Shown: piece by piece, positions 28,207 through 37,905 of the stretch | How the letters are laid out: every line of letters begins with the position of its first letter | How positions within the stretch are numbered: the stretch's first letter is position 1 | Origin: Planctomycetota bacterium | GTDB lineage: Bacteria > Planctomycetota > Brocadiia > JAADGH01 | Direction of reading: 5' to 3' | Assembly: GCA_040755855.1 (NCBI GenBank) | Contig: JBFMAD010000004.1 | Span: forward strand, 64,001 to 128,000 | DNA: 64,000 bases | Notes under the pieces: model-generated | Told to the model about the DNA's origin: nothing | Seen by the model: the letters and a program-made list of their open reading frames with translations, nothing else | The model's database searches: none | Program-made: the position numbers and the translations under genes

Positions 28207-29583
28207 ATGAATGTCGAAAAGGATCCGAGATCGCGCGAGTTCATCGAAGATTTCCAGGAGCCTGAACAAGATAGCTTGGACTTCAAAGCCCTGCCTCTGA
28301 AAGAAGACCTGCCCGTGATCGTCCGAAGACTTGTCAAGGACATTGCGGCAATGGCAAATTCGGGCGGCGGCTGGCTCGTAGTCGGGCGGAATCAGAAAGA
28401 GAAGAAGCTCCCCGGAGCACCCGAGTCGCTCGTTAAGGCAGACGACAGCGATATTCTTAACGGTGTTGGCAAATACCTCTCCGTGCCTCCGACTATCACC
28501 AAGATGTTGGTCGCGGCGACCGATCCTACGGAGGCGAAGGAAGTCGTTTGCGTCACACTCCATGTGGGAAGCTACAAAGAGTTTCCATGTGTCGTGTCGT
28601 CCGTTGTTGATGTCCCGGATGAGCAGAAGCCCGACAAGCAGAAAACCGAAGCCCGCCAAGGCGACGTCTTCATACGGGAGCACAAGGCAAGTGTGCGGGT
28701 AGATTCTGAGCAGAAGCTACGCCAACTTTTCCACCCCAGCATCGTCCGGCAGGCCAGAAACCTTGTTACCGAGGTCTTGGGTATTGTGGCCCCGGCCCCC
28801 TCCTCCTCCATTTTCCCACCCCCATCCCCACAACCTCATAGCGGAGCCAGTTCGGTTCCAGTAGCTCCGCAAGACCTGATAGAAAAGTGGCATGAGGAGT
28901 CGAAATTGCGGGTAAGGGTGCTGGAGCACTTTCGTGCGAATGACTGCTACTCTTACTTCTGGTTCCTGCCCGAAGATAAGGACAAGCACTCTAACCTGCG
29001 CTCACTGGATGACGCATGTGAAAAGGCCTGTCCCGGTTTGATCCCGTGCTATGGAGACCGGCACAGAACGCAGAATGGGATTCAGTGGGAGCTTTACAGC
29101 GCTTTTGGTTTCATCTTCCACGGCTTTGCCCGCTTGGAGGCAGACGGGAGGTTTTTCACCTGCGTCAGTGTTTTTGAAGATAACAATGGACGTCTGCTCC
29201 AGATTCACATTATGGACCACGTGGCACGATGCATAGGACTGGTGGCGAAGTTGGCCTCCGAACTCGGCCTCGGAGAGAAGGGAACAATCCGCGTGGATCT
29301 CGCCCCATGCACACAACGGGAACTCAATCCCAATATCCTGGTCGTGTTGCCACGGCAATACATATGCTATGATGAGAGCGTTTCCGAAGTTCGAGATATA
29401 CGGCTTCCTCGTAATGGCAATGAACACAAGCCTATCTGCGAAGATATTCTCTCCTCCCTTTTTGAGAATTTCCGCCTTGACGGATTCCGTTTGGACCCAG
29501 GAAAACCCTGGTGGAACGAATGGGCGAGGGTGGCTCAGGATGTTGTAGCCCAGCAAGGATTCTACACCTTGCGTGGCAATTGA
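28207..29583 (+). CDS. Schlafen/AlbA_2 domain protein
   Basis: EQDSLDFK...LVKDIAAMANSGGGWLVVG; lower GC. Confidence 0.75.
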   Translation: MNVEKDPRSREFIEDFQEPEQDSLDFKALPLKEDLPVIVRRLVKDIAAMANSGGGWLVVGRNQKEKKLPGAPESLVKADDSDILNGVGKYLSVPPTITKMLVAATDPTEAKEVVCVTLHVGSYKEFPCVVSSVVDVPDEQKPDKQKTEARQGDVFIREHKASVRVDSEQKLRQLFHPSIVRQARNLVTEVLGIVAPAPSSSIFPPPSPQPHSGASSVPVAPQDLIEKWHEESKLRVRVLEHFRANDCYSYFWFLPEDKDKHSNLRSLDDACEKACPGLIPCYGDRHRTQNGIQWELYSAFGFIFHGFARLEADGRFFTCVSVFEDNNGRLLQIHIMDHVARCIGLVAKLASELGLGEKGTIRVDLAPCTQRELNPNILVVLPRQYICYDESVSEVRDIRLPRNGNEHKPICEDILSSLFENFRLDGFRLDPGKPWWNEWARVAQDVVAQQGFYTLRGN

Positions 29584-29641
29584 GTCAAATGTCTGAGGGG
29601 CGATTCGCCCACAGTTGCTTCTTACGCAACGAGTCGCTCTT

Positions 29642-29673
29642 CAATCCGCATTCCGCAATCCCCAATCCGCAAT
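29642..29673 (+). repeat. Heptamer tandem repeat (CAATCCG-like)
   Basis: caatccgcattccgcaatccccaatccgcaat. Confidence 0.6.
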
Positions 29674-30122
29674 CAGGGATATGTGATCTTCTTTTTCAGA
29701 TACGCCGCGACGTTGACATGCCCTTTGCGCAGGGCCCAGTCGAAGGCCGTGTCGCCGTCGCAGGTCCGGGCGTGCACGTCGGCCCCGCGGCTCACGAGAA
29801 ACTGCACGGCGGGATAGTAGCCCCGCGAGGCGGCGAAGTGCAGCGCCGTCCAGCCCTCCGGCGTGCGTGTGTTCACATCCGTGCCGATGTCGAGGACGAT
29901 TCGCATGACCGTGACGTATCCCCGCGCGGCGGCGTCGTGGATCGGCTTGTAGCCCTGGTGGTCCATCACGTTGACGTCCACCCCGGCTTGGACGAGGAGT
30001 TTCACCTGCTCCACATCGCCCCGGTAGGCGGCGTAGTGCAGGGGCGTCGCGCCGTGAACATCATCGCCGAAGACCGCCGGTGCGCACAGCAGGATCGCCA
30101 GGACGAAAATTGTCCATCTCAT
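29673..30122 (-). CDS. Secreted ankyrin-repeat protein (3-4 repeats)
   Basis: Signal peptide; GATPLHYAA, GYKPIHDAA, GWTALHFAA. Confidence 0.9.
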   Translation of the reverse strand: MRWTIFVLAILLCAPAVFGDDVHGATPLHYAAYRGDVEQVKLLVQAGVDVNVMDHQGYKPIHDAAARGYVTVMRIVLDIGTDVNTRTPEGWTALHFAASRGYYPAVQFLVSRGADVHARTCDGDTAFDWALRKGHVNVAAYLKKKITYP

Positions 30123-30369
30123 GTCGCTCTTCCTCCAGGAATCACGTCTCTCTGACTGCATCAACTTTTCCACCAGTATACTCCGGAACGGGGATTCGTC
30201 AAGTGGTAATGGGACCTATTTTCGATTCCATCGGCAACAGATATGACACATATGCCAAATAATGATGCACCCGTTTGGCCACTGTCAGAAAGGGTTCTTT
30301 TCTTCTTTTGACCTCAAATTCCCCTGTGGCTTGCCCATTTGGGCCTCTTTACTGCCACATCGTCAGGAT

Positions 30370-30385
30370 TGGCACGCCCCTTGCA
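30370..30385 (+). promoter_or_regulatory. Sigma54 (-24/-12) promoter
   Basis: TGGCAC-GCCCC-TTGCA matches the consensus. Confidence 0.75.
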
Positions 30386-30440
30386 CATGTGCATAGCGCC
30401 CAGGATTCGACGACAGGCGCGTTTATAAGGGAGAGGCATC

Positions 30441-32516
30441 ATGGCGCAGAGAATTCATCGGGAACTGGGCATCGAGGAACTGGAAAGGCGGGTCGCGCCG
30501 GTTGTCCTGAATGGCACGAACTCGGTTGTTACCTTTAGCGACGACAGCGGAGACACGGTGCAGGTCCGATTCCAGGGACCCGGAGCCGCGCACGTGCGCT
30601 GGGTCATCGGCGGGGAGATGGCGGTGGCGGGCGACACCCTTTCCTTAATCGCTTTTAGCGATACGACAGAGCGATCTTCCCTGACCATCCGCGACATGGA
30701 CCCCGACCTCGGCGGAAACTCGCTGGTCGGCGGCACCGTCAGGACGGCGCTGGCCGACACATCTGTCGGCTCCATCTCCTTCTTCACGCGGCGCGGCGCG
30801 ATCCGAGATACCGTTATCTCCCTATCGGGCAGCCTGAGAGACCTTCGGATTATGGGCGACGTGGACGACGTGGAGCTTTTCGTCGGCGGCAACCTTGGGC
30901 TCGCCATGATCCGCGGCGAGGCGGCGCGGTTTGATACCATTGTTGGGGGCAGCATCGGTCAATTCCGAACGGATGGCGACCTGCGCATATCCAACGTGGG
31001 GGTGACCGGAGGCGTGGGCCTGTTCAGCATTGGCGGCGAGAGCGTGGATTCCACCGTGCTCGCTCGCAGAGCGGTCACGCAAGTCCGACTGGCGGACGAT
31101 GCCACGCGGGTCACGGTCCGAGCGGGGAGCCTGCAACAGTTCATGCTCACCGGCGATGCGAATACGTTGAATCTCCTCGTGGATGGCAACGGGCGCATCG
31201 CCCGAATTACCGGGGATGTGGCAGCCGGCGACATCCGGTACAACCAGCTCGGTTCCCTCTCCGTCGGTTCGCTCACCCTCAGCCGCGTCGTGGCCGCCGG
31301 CGGGCTGGGTTCATTCATGTGCCCGGGGGATGTAATCAACTCCACCGTGACCTCCGTAGGAGACATGTCCACCTGTCGGATCGGCGGGCGGCTCCACTCC
31401 GACCTGCCCGGGGCCGAGGGCATCTTCATCATCGGAAACGCGGCGCAGGTCTCCGTCGGCGGACTTGTGTCCGGCCCGCAGATTCTTATAACGGGAAACC
31501 TGGGCAGCGCGCAATTTCCACAGGCGATGCTTGATGCCCGGTTTGTCGTGGGAGGCAACCTGGGAAATGTGCGTTTCGGCGGCATGGTGCTGCTCGGCAA
31601 CTTCCTTGTCGGCGGCGACGCCCGATCCGTCCTCGTGCAGAATAATGCGGCGCACTGGACCGTCGCTATTACCGGCAACGCGGGGACCTTCAACGTCCGC
31701 GGGGCGATGGGACGATCCTCCGTCGCCATCGGCGGCGACGCACGCTCTCTGATGTTTGCGGAGATGGTCACAGACACGGACATAGATGTCGCCGGCGCCG
31801 TGGGCCAGATCGCCCTCAACGGCGGGATGACGGATACCAGCACGCTGGAAGTGGACGGCCCCACCATCGGGGTGATGATCCGCGATGGGCTGACCGACTC
31901 CGAGCTGACGTTCAACGGCGGCGCCGCGAATATGCAGATCTTCGGGGCCGTGTCGAACAGCGATATAAATGCAACCGGCCGCATGACCTCGTTTCTGGCG
32001 CGCGGCGATGTGTTAGACGGCTCGATAGTTACAATTTTCGGCGACGTCGGAAACGTGAACATCCTGGGGGCGCTGAACACTGGGGCCCGGTTCAATATCC
32101 TGGGCCAGACCAACAACTTGCGAATTGCCGGCGGTGTGCACGTCTTCTCGCAACTGAACCTGGGCGGCACGGTGGGAACAGCCACCATCTCCGCGCCGGC
32201 GGGGGCGGACGCCGTGGGCTGGGGAGAGGTTCGGATAGGCATCCTGCAGCGTTCCCTCCGGATCGGCGGCAATGTGGACGGGATGGGCCTGGTGGACATC
32301 GTCGGATCGGCGGCGGGCGCACGGATCAACATCCAGGGCGATATGGACGGCAGGCTCCTGGCGGGTGTGTTCGGCGACGTAACCATCTCCGGCACATTCC
32401 GCGGCGTGATCGGCGACGCGGGAACAGCCCCCGGCGCGGGGAATACCCTCCGGACAGGGACCACCGCCCTCGGTGCGCGGGTCAATCCCCCGAACGCCTT
32501 TGCGTTCTACGCATAG
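30441..32516 (+). CDS. Planctomycete LEPR-x-LL-type extracellular beta-solenoid protein
   Basis: IEELERR motif; Gly/Val/Ile-rich V.G.L/I.GDV repeats. Confidence 0.75.
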   Translation: MAQRIHRELGIEELERRVAPVVLNGTNSVVTFSDDSGDTVQVRFQGPGAAHVRWVIGGEMAVAGDTLSLIAFSDTTERSSLTIRDMDPDLGGNSLVGGTVRTALADTSVGSISFFTRRGAIRDTVISLSGSLRDLRIMGDVDDVELFVGGNLGLAMIRGEAARFDTIVGGSIGQFRTDGDLRISNVGVTGGVGLFSIGGESVDSTVLARRAVTQVRLADDATRVTVRAGSLQQFMLTGDANTLNLLVDGNGRIARITGDVAAGDIRYNQLGSLSVGSLTLSRVVAAGGLGSFMCPGDVINSTVTSVGDMSTCRIGGRLHSDLPGAEGIFIIGNAAQVSVGGLVSGPQILITGNLGSAQFPQAMLDARFVVGGNLGNVRFGGMVLLGNFLVGGDARSVLVQNNAAHWTVAITGNAGTFNVRGAMGRSSVAIGGDARSLMFAEMVTDTDIDVAGAVGQIALNGGMTDTSTLEVDGPTIGVMIRDGLTDSELTFNGGAANMQIFGAVSNSDINATGRMTSFLARGDVLDGSIVTIFGDVGNVNILGALNTGARFNILGQTNNLRIAGGVHVFSQLNLGGTVGTATISAPAGADAVGWGEVRIGILQRSLRIGGNVDGMGLVDIVGSAAGARINIQGDMDGRLLAGVFGDVTISGTFRGVIGDAGTAPGAGNTLRTGTTALGARVNPPNAFAFYA

Positions 32517-32765
32517 TCGCAGCGCGGTTCCTCGATGATGGGGCGACCTCCCGCGGGCAGGGATGCCTGCGGGAGGATAGTAATTCCTTCGCCGCAAGTC
32601 CGCTGACAAGCCCATGTGGGCGCAAAGGCCGGTTACGTTTTGCAAACCCAGTTTACGTTTTTCCCCTTCGCAGCCGTTTGCATCGTCTCGCATTCATATT
32701 GCCCAAAACCCCGCATTCGCAGTGCAGGAGCCATTTTATAGACGTTTGGCCAGGCGGCGGTATTC

Positions 32766-32781
32766 CGGCACGAGGATTGCA
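32766..32781 (+). promoter_or_regulatory. Sigma54 (-24/-12) promoter
   Basis: CGGCAC-GAGGA-TTGCA, followed by the same CATGTGC as the site at 30370. Confidence 0.7.
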
Positions 32782-32843
32782 CATGTGCGGAATACCCAAG
32801 CGGCCCAGGACCGCCACCCGGGGAATGGAACAGGAGGAGCGTC

Positions 32844-34925
32844 ATGGTTACGAGAGTACACAGGAGCCTGCGCGTCGAGGAACTCGAGCCGCGCACATCG
32901 CCGGTCGTGCTGAATGCTGCCGCGCCGATATACACCTTTTCCGACAGGAGCAGCGACTTGGTCCAAATCCAGTTTCGCGGTCCCGGCAGCGCAGAGGTGT
33001 TGTGGGAGGGGGGTGGCGTCACGCCCCTTGCCAATGACGACATCGCGTCTATCACCTTCTTCAACACCACCCAGCAAACCATGCTCACCCTCCGTGACAT
33101 GAACCGGGGGGTCGGCGGCGACGGCATCACTGGGGGGGATGTCACGACGGCGGCGGCCAACGATTCCCTCGGCATACTCCGCATCCAGGCGGTCGGCGGA
33201 TGGGTCACTGACACAAACATTCAGGTAGGCGGCAACCTCGGCCAGTTCGTCATCCAGGGCAATGTGGGGGCCGTGGATGTCGTTGTCGGGGGCAACGTCG
33301 GCCAGGCGCAAATCCAGGGACCGGCGACCGACTTCGTCATGGCGGCTATGGGCGCCATGGCCGGCTTTCGAGTAACCGGGCCAATGGCCAACTGCAACAT
33401 CAGCGCGGCTATGAGCCTCGGACAGGTAATCGTCAACGGGGATTGCACGGGATCGGTCATTCAAAGCGGCGGGAATGTATCGCTCGTTCGCATCACCGGA
33501 AACGTCATGTCCTCTGCGGTTCGCTCCCGCGATCTGACACAGCTTATGATCAACGGCGGCATTGTGAACGAGCTGATCGTTCAGGCCCAGGGAACATCCC
33601 GCTCAGCGCGGATGCTGGGCTTTGTGCAGGACAGCGTACTCTTCTTCGACCGGGTCGGGAGCGTCGCCGTCGGTTCCCTGTCGGGCTCTGTGCTCGCCTC
33701 CGTGCAAGGCCCGATCCAGTCGCTGCAGTGCATGGGAAGCATGATCAACTCGACCGTGACCTCGTGGGGCGATTGCCGCAGCGTCCGCATCGGCGGACAG
33801 CTCCGGGCGGAGAACGCCGGCGATGAGGCCATCATTGTCAACGGAAACCTGGGTCAGTTGTTCGTTGGTAACTTTGTCCTGAATCCCACGATCCGCGTCA
33901 CGGGCAACGTCAACGCCCTGCGATTCCAGCAGACGGTGCGAAGCACGACGCTCGACCTGCGCGGCGCCGTAGGGCAGTTGAGCATCGGCGGCGATGTTGC
34001 AGGCGCGAATGTCAACATCGGCGGCAACACCGGCTCCTTCACGGCGCGCGCGGGGGTATTTGATTCCACCCTTGCATTCGGCGGGACCATGGGCGTGTTC
34101 CGCGTGGCCGGGGACGCCGCCCGCGACAGCATCCAGATCGTCGGGCAGGCGACAAGCATACAGTTCGGCGGCCTGGTGGGCGCCACGAACATTGAAGCGC
34201 GCGTCGGCGTCGGCTGCGCGATCTTCCGGGGGAGGGTATCGGCGGGAAGTCGGTTGCAGATCGGCGGCCCCAGCGGGATGGCGCAGATGCGCGGCGAGGT
34301 CGCCGATTCCACGCTCACCTTCGTCGGTGCGGTCAACAACCTTCAGTTCATGGGCGGATTGAACAACACCGAGGTCACCGTGGCGGGCGACGCGCCGTTG
34401 TTCCGCGTCGCGGGCGGCATCCACACCGGCTCGGACGTGGCCATCCTCGGCAGCGTGCGGAACCTCTTCTGCCTGGGCGGCGTCCGCGCGGGTTCCGGGC
34501 TGCGCATCACGGGCAACGTGACGACATGCCGAATCACCGACGGGGTTGCGCTTGTGTCGTCGCTCAACATAGGCGGAGCTGTCAACACGGCCATGATTAC
34601 GGCGCGCGCGGGCGAGGCGGCGGTGGATTTCTCCACGGTGCTGCTTGGCTCGCTGCAGCGCAGCCTCACGCTTACGGGGGGGATCGAGGGCCGGGGCCGC
34701 GTGGAGATCGTGGGCGCGGCGGACACGGCGCGGATGAGCATCCAGGGCGACATGGCCGGCCGGATCGCCCCGGCCATCTTCGGCAATGTCGTCATATCCG
34801 GCGTCTTCACCGGCACGCTCGGCAGCCCGGCGACACAGGCCGGGGTGGGGAACACGCTTCGCGTCGGGACCTGGGGCGCAGGATGGACCATCAACCCCGC
34901 CGACGCCTTCGCGTTCTTTGCATAG
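32844..34925 (+). CDS. LEPR-x-LL-type extracellular beta-solenoid protein, full-length paralog of 30441-32516
   Basis: VEELEPR; colinear similarity including FSD.S.D.VQ..F.GPG.A and C-terminal GNTLR.GT...NP..AFAF. Confidence 0.75.
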   Translation: MVTRVHRSLRVEELEPRTSPVVLNAAAPIYTFSDRSSDLVQIQFRGPGSAEVLWEGGGVTPLANDDIASITFFNTTQQTMLTLRDMNRGVGGDGITGGDVTTAAANDSLGILRIQAVGGWVTDTNIQVGGNLGQFVIQGNVGAVDVVVGGNVGQAQIQGPATDFVMAAMGAMAGFRVTGPMANCNISAAMSLGQVIVNGDCTGSVIQSGGNVSLVRITGNVMSSAVRSRDLTQLMINGGIVNELIVQAQGTSRSARMLGFVQDSVLFFDRVGSVAVGSLSGSVLASVQGPIQSLQCMGSMINSTVTSWGDCRSVRIGGQLRAENAGDEAIIVNGNLGQLFVGNFVLNPTIRVTGNVNALRFQQTVRSTTLDLRGAVGQLSIGGDVAGANVNIGGNTGSFTARAGVFDSTLAFGGTMGVFRVAGDAARDSIQIVGQATSIQFGGLVGATNIEARVGVGCAIFRGRVSAGSRLQIGGPSGMAQMRGEVADSTLTFVGAVNNLQFMGGLNNTEVTVAGDAPLFRVAGGIHTGSDVAILGSVRNLFCLGGVRAGSGLRITGNVTTCRITDGVALVSSLNIGGAVNTAMITARAGEAAVDFSTVLLGSLQRSLTLTGGIEGRGRVEIVGAADTARMSIQGDMAGRIAPAIFGNVVISGVFTGTLGSPATQAGVGNTLRVGTWGAGWTINPADAFAFFA

Positions 34926-35129
34926 GGCATTGCTGTAGTGCGGCGCATGCCCACCACGGCCCTCCTGTCCGATGGGTACCGGGACACAGCTTGCCCGCTC
35001 CAAATGTTAGCCTTGTCTAACATTCTGGACGGCGTGGGAATGGAACACCCCAACCAGCGTGCCGGCGCTCGTGCATAACTCTTTTCAACCACTATGGTTA
35101 TATTCCTTATCCAAGGACTGATAGTCCAA

Positions 35130-35145
35130 CGGCACAGCTTTCGCT
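35130..35145 (+). promoter_or_regulatory. Possible sigma54 promoter
   Basis: CGGCAC-AGCTT-TCGCT keeps GG-N10-GC. Confidence 0.45.
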
Positions 35146-35222
35146 CCTACCACCGGTAAGATGGAACAAGAAATGGCACATGAACTCTACAACCTGTTGG
35201 GGGCGGGAGGAGGCGTTGAGCA

Positions 35223-37823
35223 ATGAACGAACACGAACGAATCCATAAGGCGCTGCGGCTCGAGGAACTTGAGCCCCGAACAGCGCCGGCCGTACTAATT
35301 GATCTGGTGCCTGGAGACGATTCGGGCGTCAGTGACAGCGACAACATTACGAATGAGCAGTTGCCCACCTTTGAGATCACGAGTAGTAACGGAAACCTCA
35401 TCATTGATTTTGACGGCGACGGTGACTTCGGGGGTCCCTCAGACTATGGGCCTGGCGACAGCCTGAACGTCAACCAGATCGGGTCGCCGTTCTTCATCAC
35501 GCCGAGGGCACCCTTGAGCGACGGATTCCGCATCGTGACCGTCTGGCGGAACGGACAGCTGGAGGCCACTCTGGGGCTGAGAATCGACACCCAGGCCCCC
35601 GATGTATCGGGCGTAGCCCTCGACCTCGCGGCATCGAGTGATTCAGGCGTGTCGAACTCGGACAACCTGACGAACCAGGAGACCATCAGTCTGGATATCG
35701 GAGGCTACGCCGAGTATTACCGGGTATACAGAAATGGCGTCCAGGTGAGCGGATATTTCGAGGACGCGCCGACGTTTGTGACGGCCCTGCCCGCCGATGG
35801 GACGTATAGTTTCCGGATCAGGGCCGTTGACGCCGCCGGGAACCTGTCCGGCTGGTCGTTGCCTCTGTCTGTAACTCTGGACACCGGCGCGGGAGGCGAC
35901 GGCGAGGCCGTTCCTCCGCCGGACTTGGTTCCGCTATCGGACACGGGGCTGTACAATGATGACAACATCACGGCCGACAAGACCTCCACGTTCGACATCA
36001 CGGGGATTGCTCCGGCCCATTACTTCCGAATCTACCTCGACGGCGTCCTGGTCAGCAGCCTTTTTGAGGGCCCGGGAAACGACCCGTGGACGAGCGACAC
36101 TTTGGCGGATGGGGATTACCTCATCCGGGTCGCGGAGGTGGATGCCGCAGGTAACGAGCTGGCCCTGTCCGACCCGCTGGCCTTTACCGTGGACACCGTT
36201 GCGCCGGACGCTCCGGCCCTCCCCCTCGATCTGCGCGCCAGCAGTGATACGGGTGCGTCGGACAGTGATGATATCACCGCCGACATCACACCCACCTTCG
36301 ACGCGCCGGTCGTGCCTGCGGGAGATTATTTCCGTATCTATCGGGACGGCGCCCTGGCGTCGGCAGCGCCGCTTGCCGGCGATGACGGCGGCGTTTACAA
36401 AGGCCCAGGCCCGGGACCGCTGGGAGATACGCTGGGCCCACAGCCGGATGGAACTTACGACTACGCCTACAGCTTGGTGGACCTGGCCGGGAATGAGTCC
36501 GGCCTGTCGCCGGTTGTCACTGTGGTGATTACAACCGACGGCGGCGACGGTGATGGCGACGGCGACGGCGGCGAGGGCGGCGAGGGTGGTCCCTCGGACG
36601 CCCCGACCATCGGGGGGCTGTCACTGGCGGGTGGCGCGAATGTAGCCATACAGCCCTGTCCGATAACCTTAATGGCCGAGGACGTGAGCGACCTTGACGG
36701 CGAAGTGGTGAGGGTGGACTTCTATCGCGATGCCAATGGAAACGGCGAACTGGACATCGGGGTGGACGAGTTCCTGGCTTCGGATACGGACGGAGATGAC
36801 GGGTGGAGCTGGACCGGTTCCACATTTGGTTTTCCCCTCGGGGAGAACACCTTCTTCGCCCAAGCCGAGGATGACACCGGGGGCTTGAGCTCCGTGGTCT
36901 CCGCGACGATCACTGTGCGCAGCGCCCAGGTAGAATATCTCCTTGGCGGGCAGGTGATTCTGTACGACACGGATGCCTTGAGCGACGCGGAGATTGACGT
37001 GGACGAGACCGACATCCGCTTGTTCACGCGGCGAGATGGGTCGGTAAGCATGATACGAATTGTCGGAAACCCCACTGGACTGGGCATGATCGTCAATTCC
37101 ACCAGCAATCTGCCGATAACTATCGTTGATATCCGAAACGTCCGCCGAGTAGGAGAGTTCAACAACCTGTCATTCATTGCCTCCACGGGGGCGGTTCGTG
37201 TCATGTTGCTGCGATCCGGCGTTGACGGATGGTGTGCGGGGGGCGCGCTGGTTATGGAGGAGCTGGCCGAGAGCGCGGACCTGGATGAAGACGGCCGCGT
37301 GGATGACGAGACCGCCATCTACAGCGACAAATACATCAGGGTCGCCAGAATCTTTGGCGATATCGGCGGAGACGTCGTTACCAGAGGCGCCGACTTGCGG
37401 GGGACTGGACTGGGGAACCTTCTTGTGAGGTTCGGGGATATCCTGGGCGAAATCACAACTATTAAAGGCAGCCTGAATTCACTTGGGGTTCTCTTCGGCA
37501 ACGTCGAGGGGAACGTAAGGGTGGAAGGTTCGTTGAACAAGATGTTCGTGAACCGTGGAGGCGTCTCGAGCAGCGCGATATCCGTTAACGGCAACCTGAA
37601 CGGTCTGGTGGTTGTCGGCGGCAACTTCGGAAGTCTCCTGACGGTGGACGGCTCGTTGAACAAGATGGTTGTCCTGCCGATCGGCGGCGTGGGGGGAGCC
37701 CTTGACGGCGCGGAATTGGTGGTAGCCAACAACATCAACACCTTGATTGCAAACGAGATACTGCCTAATAGCAGCATCTCCGCCGGAGGAGTGATTCGGA
37801 ATCTCCACACCATCAAGCCATAA
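35223..37823 (+). CDS. LEPR-x-LL-type surface protein with bacterial Ig-like repeats and a C-terminal beta-solenoid
   Basis: LEELEPR; four SDSG/SDTG...DNIT repeats with D.AGN; acidic Gly linker. Confidence 0.8.
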   Translation: MNEHERIHKALRLEELEPRTAPAVLIDLVPGDDSGVSDSDNITNEQLPTFEITSSNGNLIIDFDGDGDFGGPSDYGPGDSLNVNQIGSPFFITPRAPLSDGFRIVTVWRNGQLEATLGLRIDTQAPDVSGVALDLAASSDSGVSNSDNLTNQETISLDIGGYAEYYRVYRNGVQVSGYFEDAPTFVTALPADGTYSFRIRAVDAAGNLSGWSLPLSVTLDTGAGGDGEAVPPPDLVPLSDTGLYNDDNITADKTSTFDITGIAPAHYFRIYLDGVLVSSLFEGPGNDPWTSDTLADGDYLIRVAEVDAAGNELALSDPLAFTVDTVAPDAPALPLDLRASSDTGASDSDDITADITPTFDAPVVPAGDYFRIYRDGALASAAPLAGDDGGVYKGPGPGPLGDTLGPQPDGTYDYAYSLVDLAGNESGLSPVVTVVITTDGGDGDGDGDGGEGGEGGPSDAPTIGGLSLAGGANVAIQPCPITLMAEDVSDLDGEVVRVDFYRDANGNGELDIGVDEFLASDTDGDDGWSWTGSTFGFPLGENTFFAQAEDDTGGLSSVVSATITVRSAQVEYLLGGQVILYDTDALSDAEIDVDETDIRLFTRRDGSVSMIRIVGNPTGLGMIVNSTSNLPITIVDIRNVRRVGEFNNLSFIASTGAVRVMLLRSGVDGWCAGGALVMEELAESADLDEDGRVDDETAIYSDKYIRVARIFGDIGGDVVTRGADLRGTGLGNLLVRFGDILGEITTIKGSLNSLGVLFGNVEGNVRVEGSLNKMFVNRGGVSSSAISVNGNLNGLVVVGGNFGSLLTVDGSLNKMVVLPIGGVGGALDGAELVVANNINTLIANEILPNSSISAGGVIRNLHTIKP

Positions 37824-37905
37824 ATAACTGTCTTATCGGTGAGACCGTTCAGCAAACGGTTGAGGCGCGAACGGACAGGCCCATTAGGGAGGGGCCAAAG
37901 AATAG

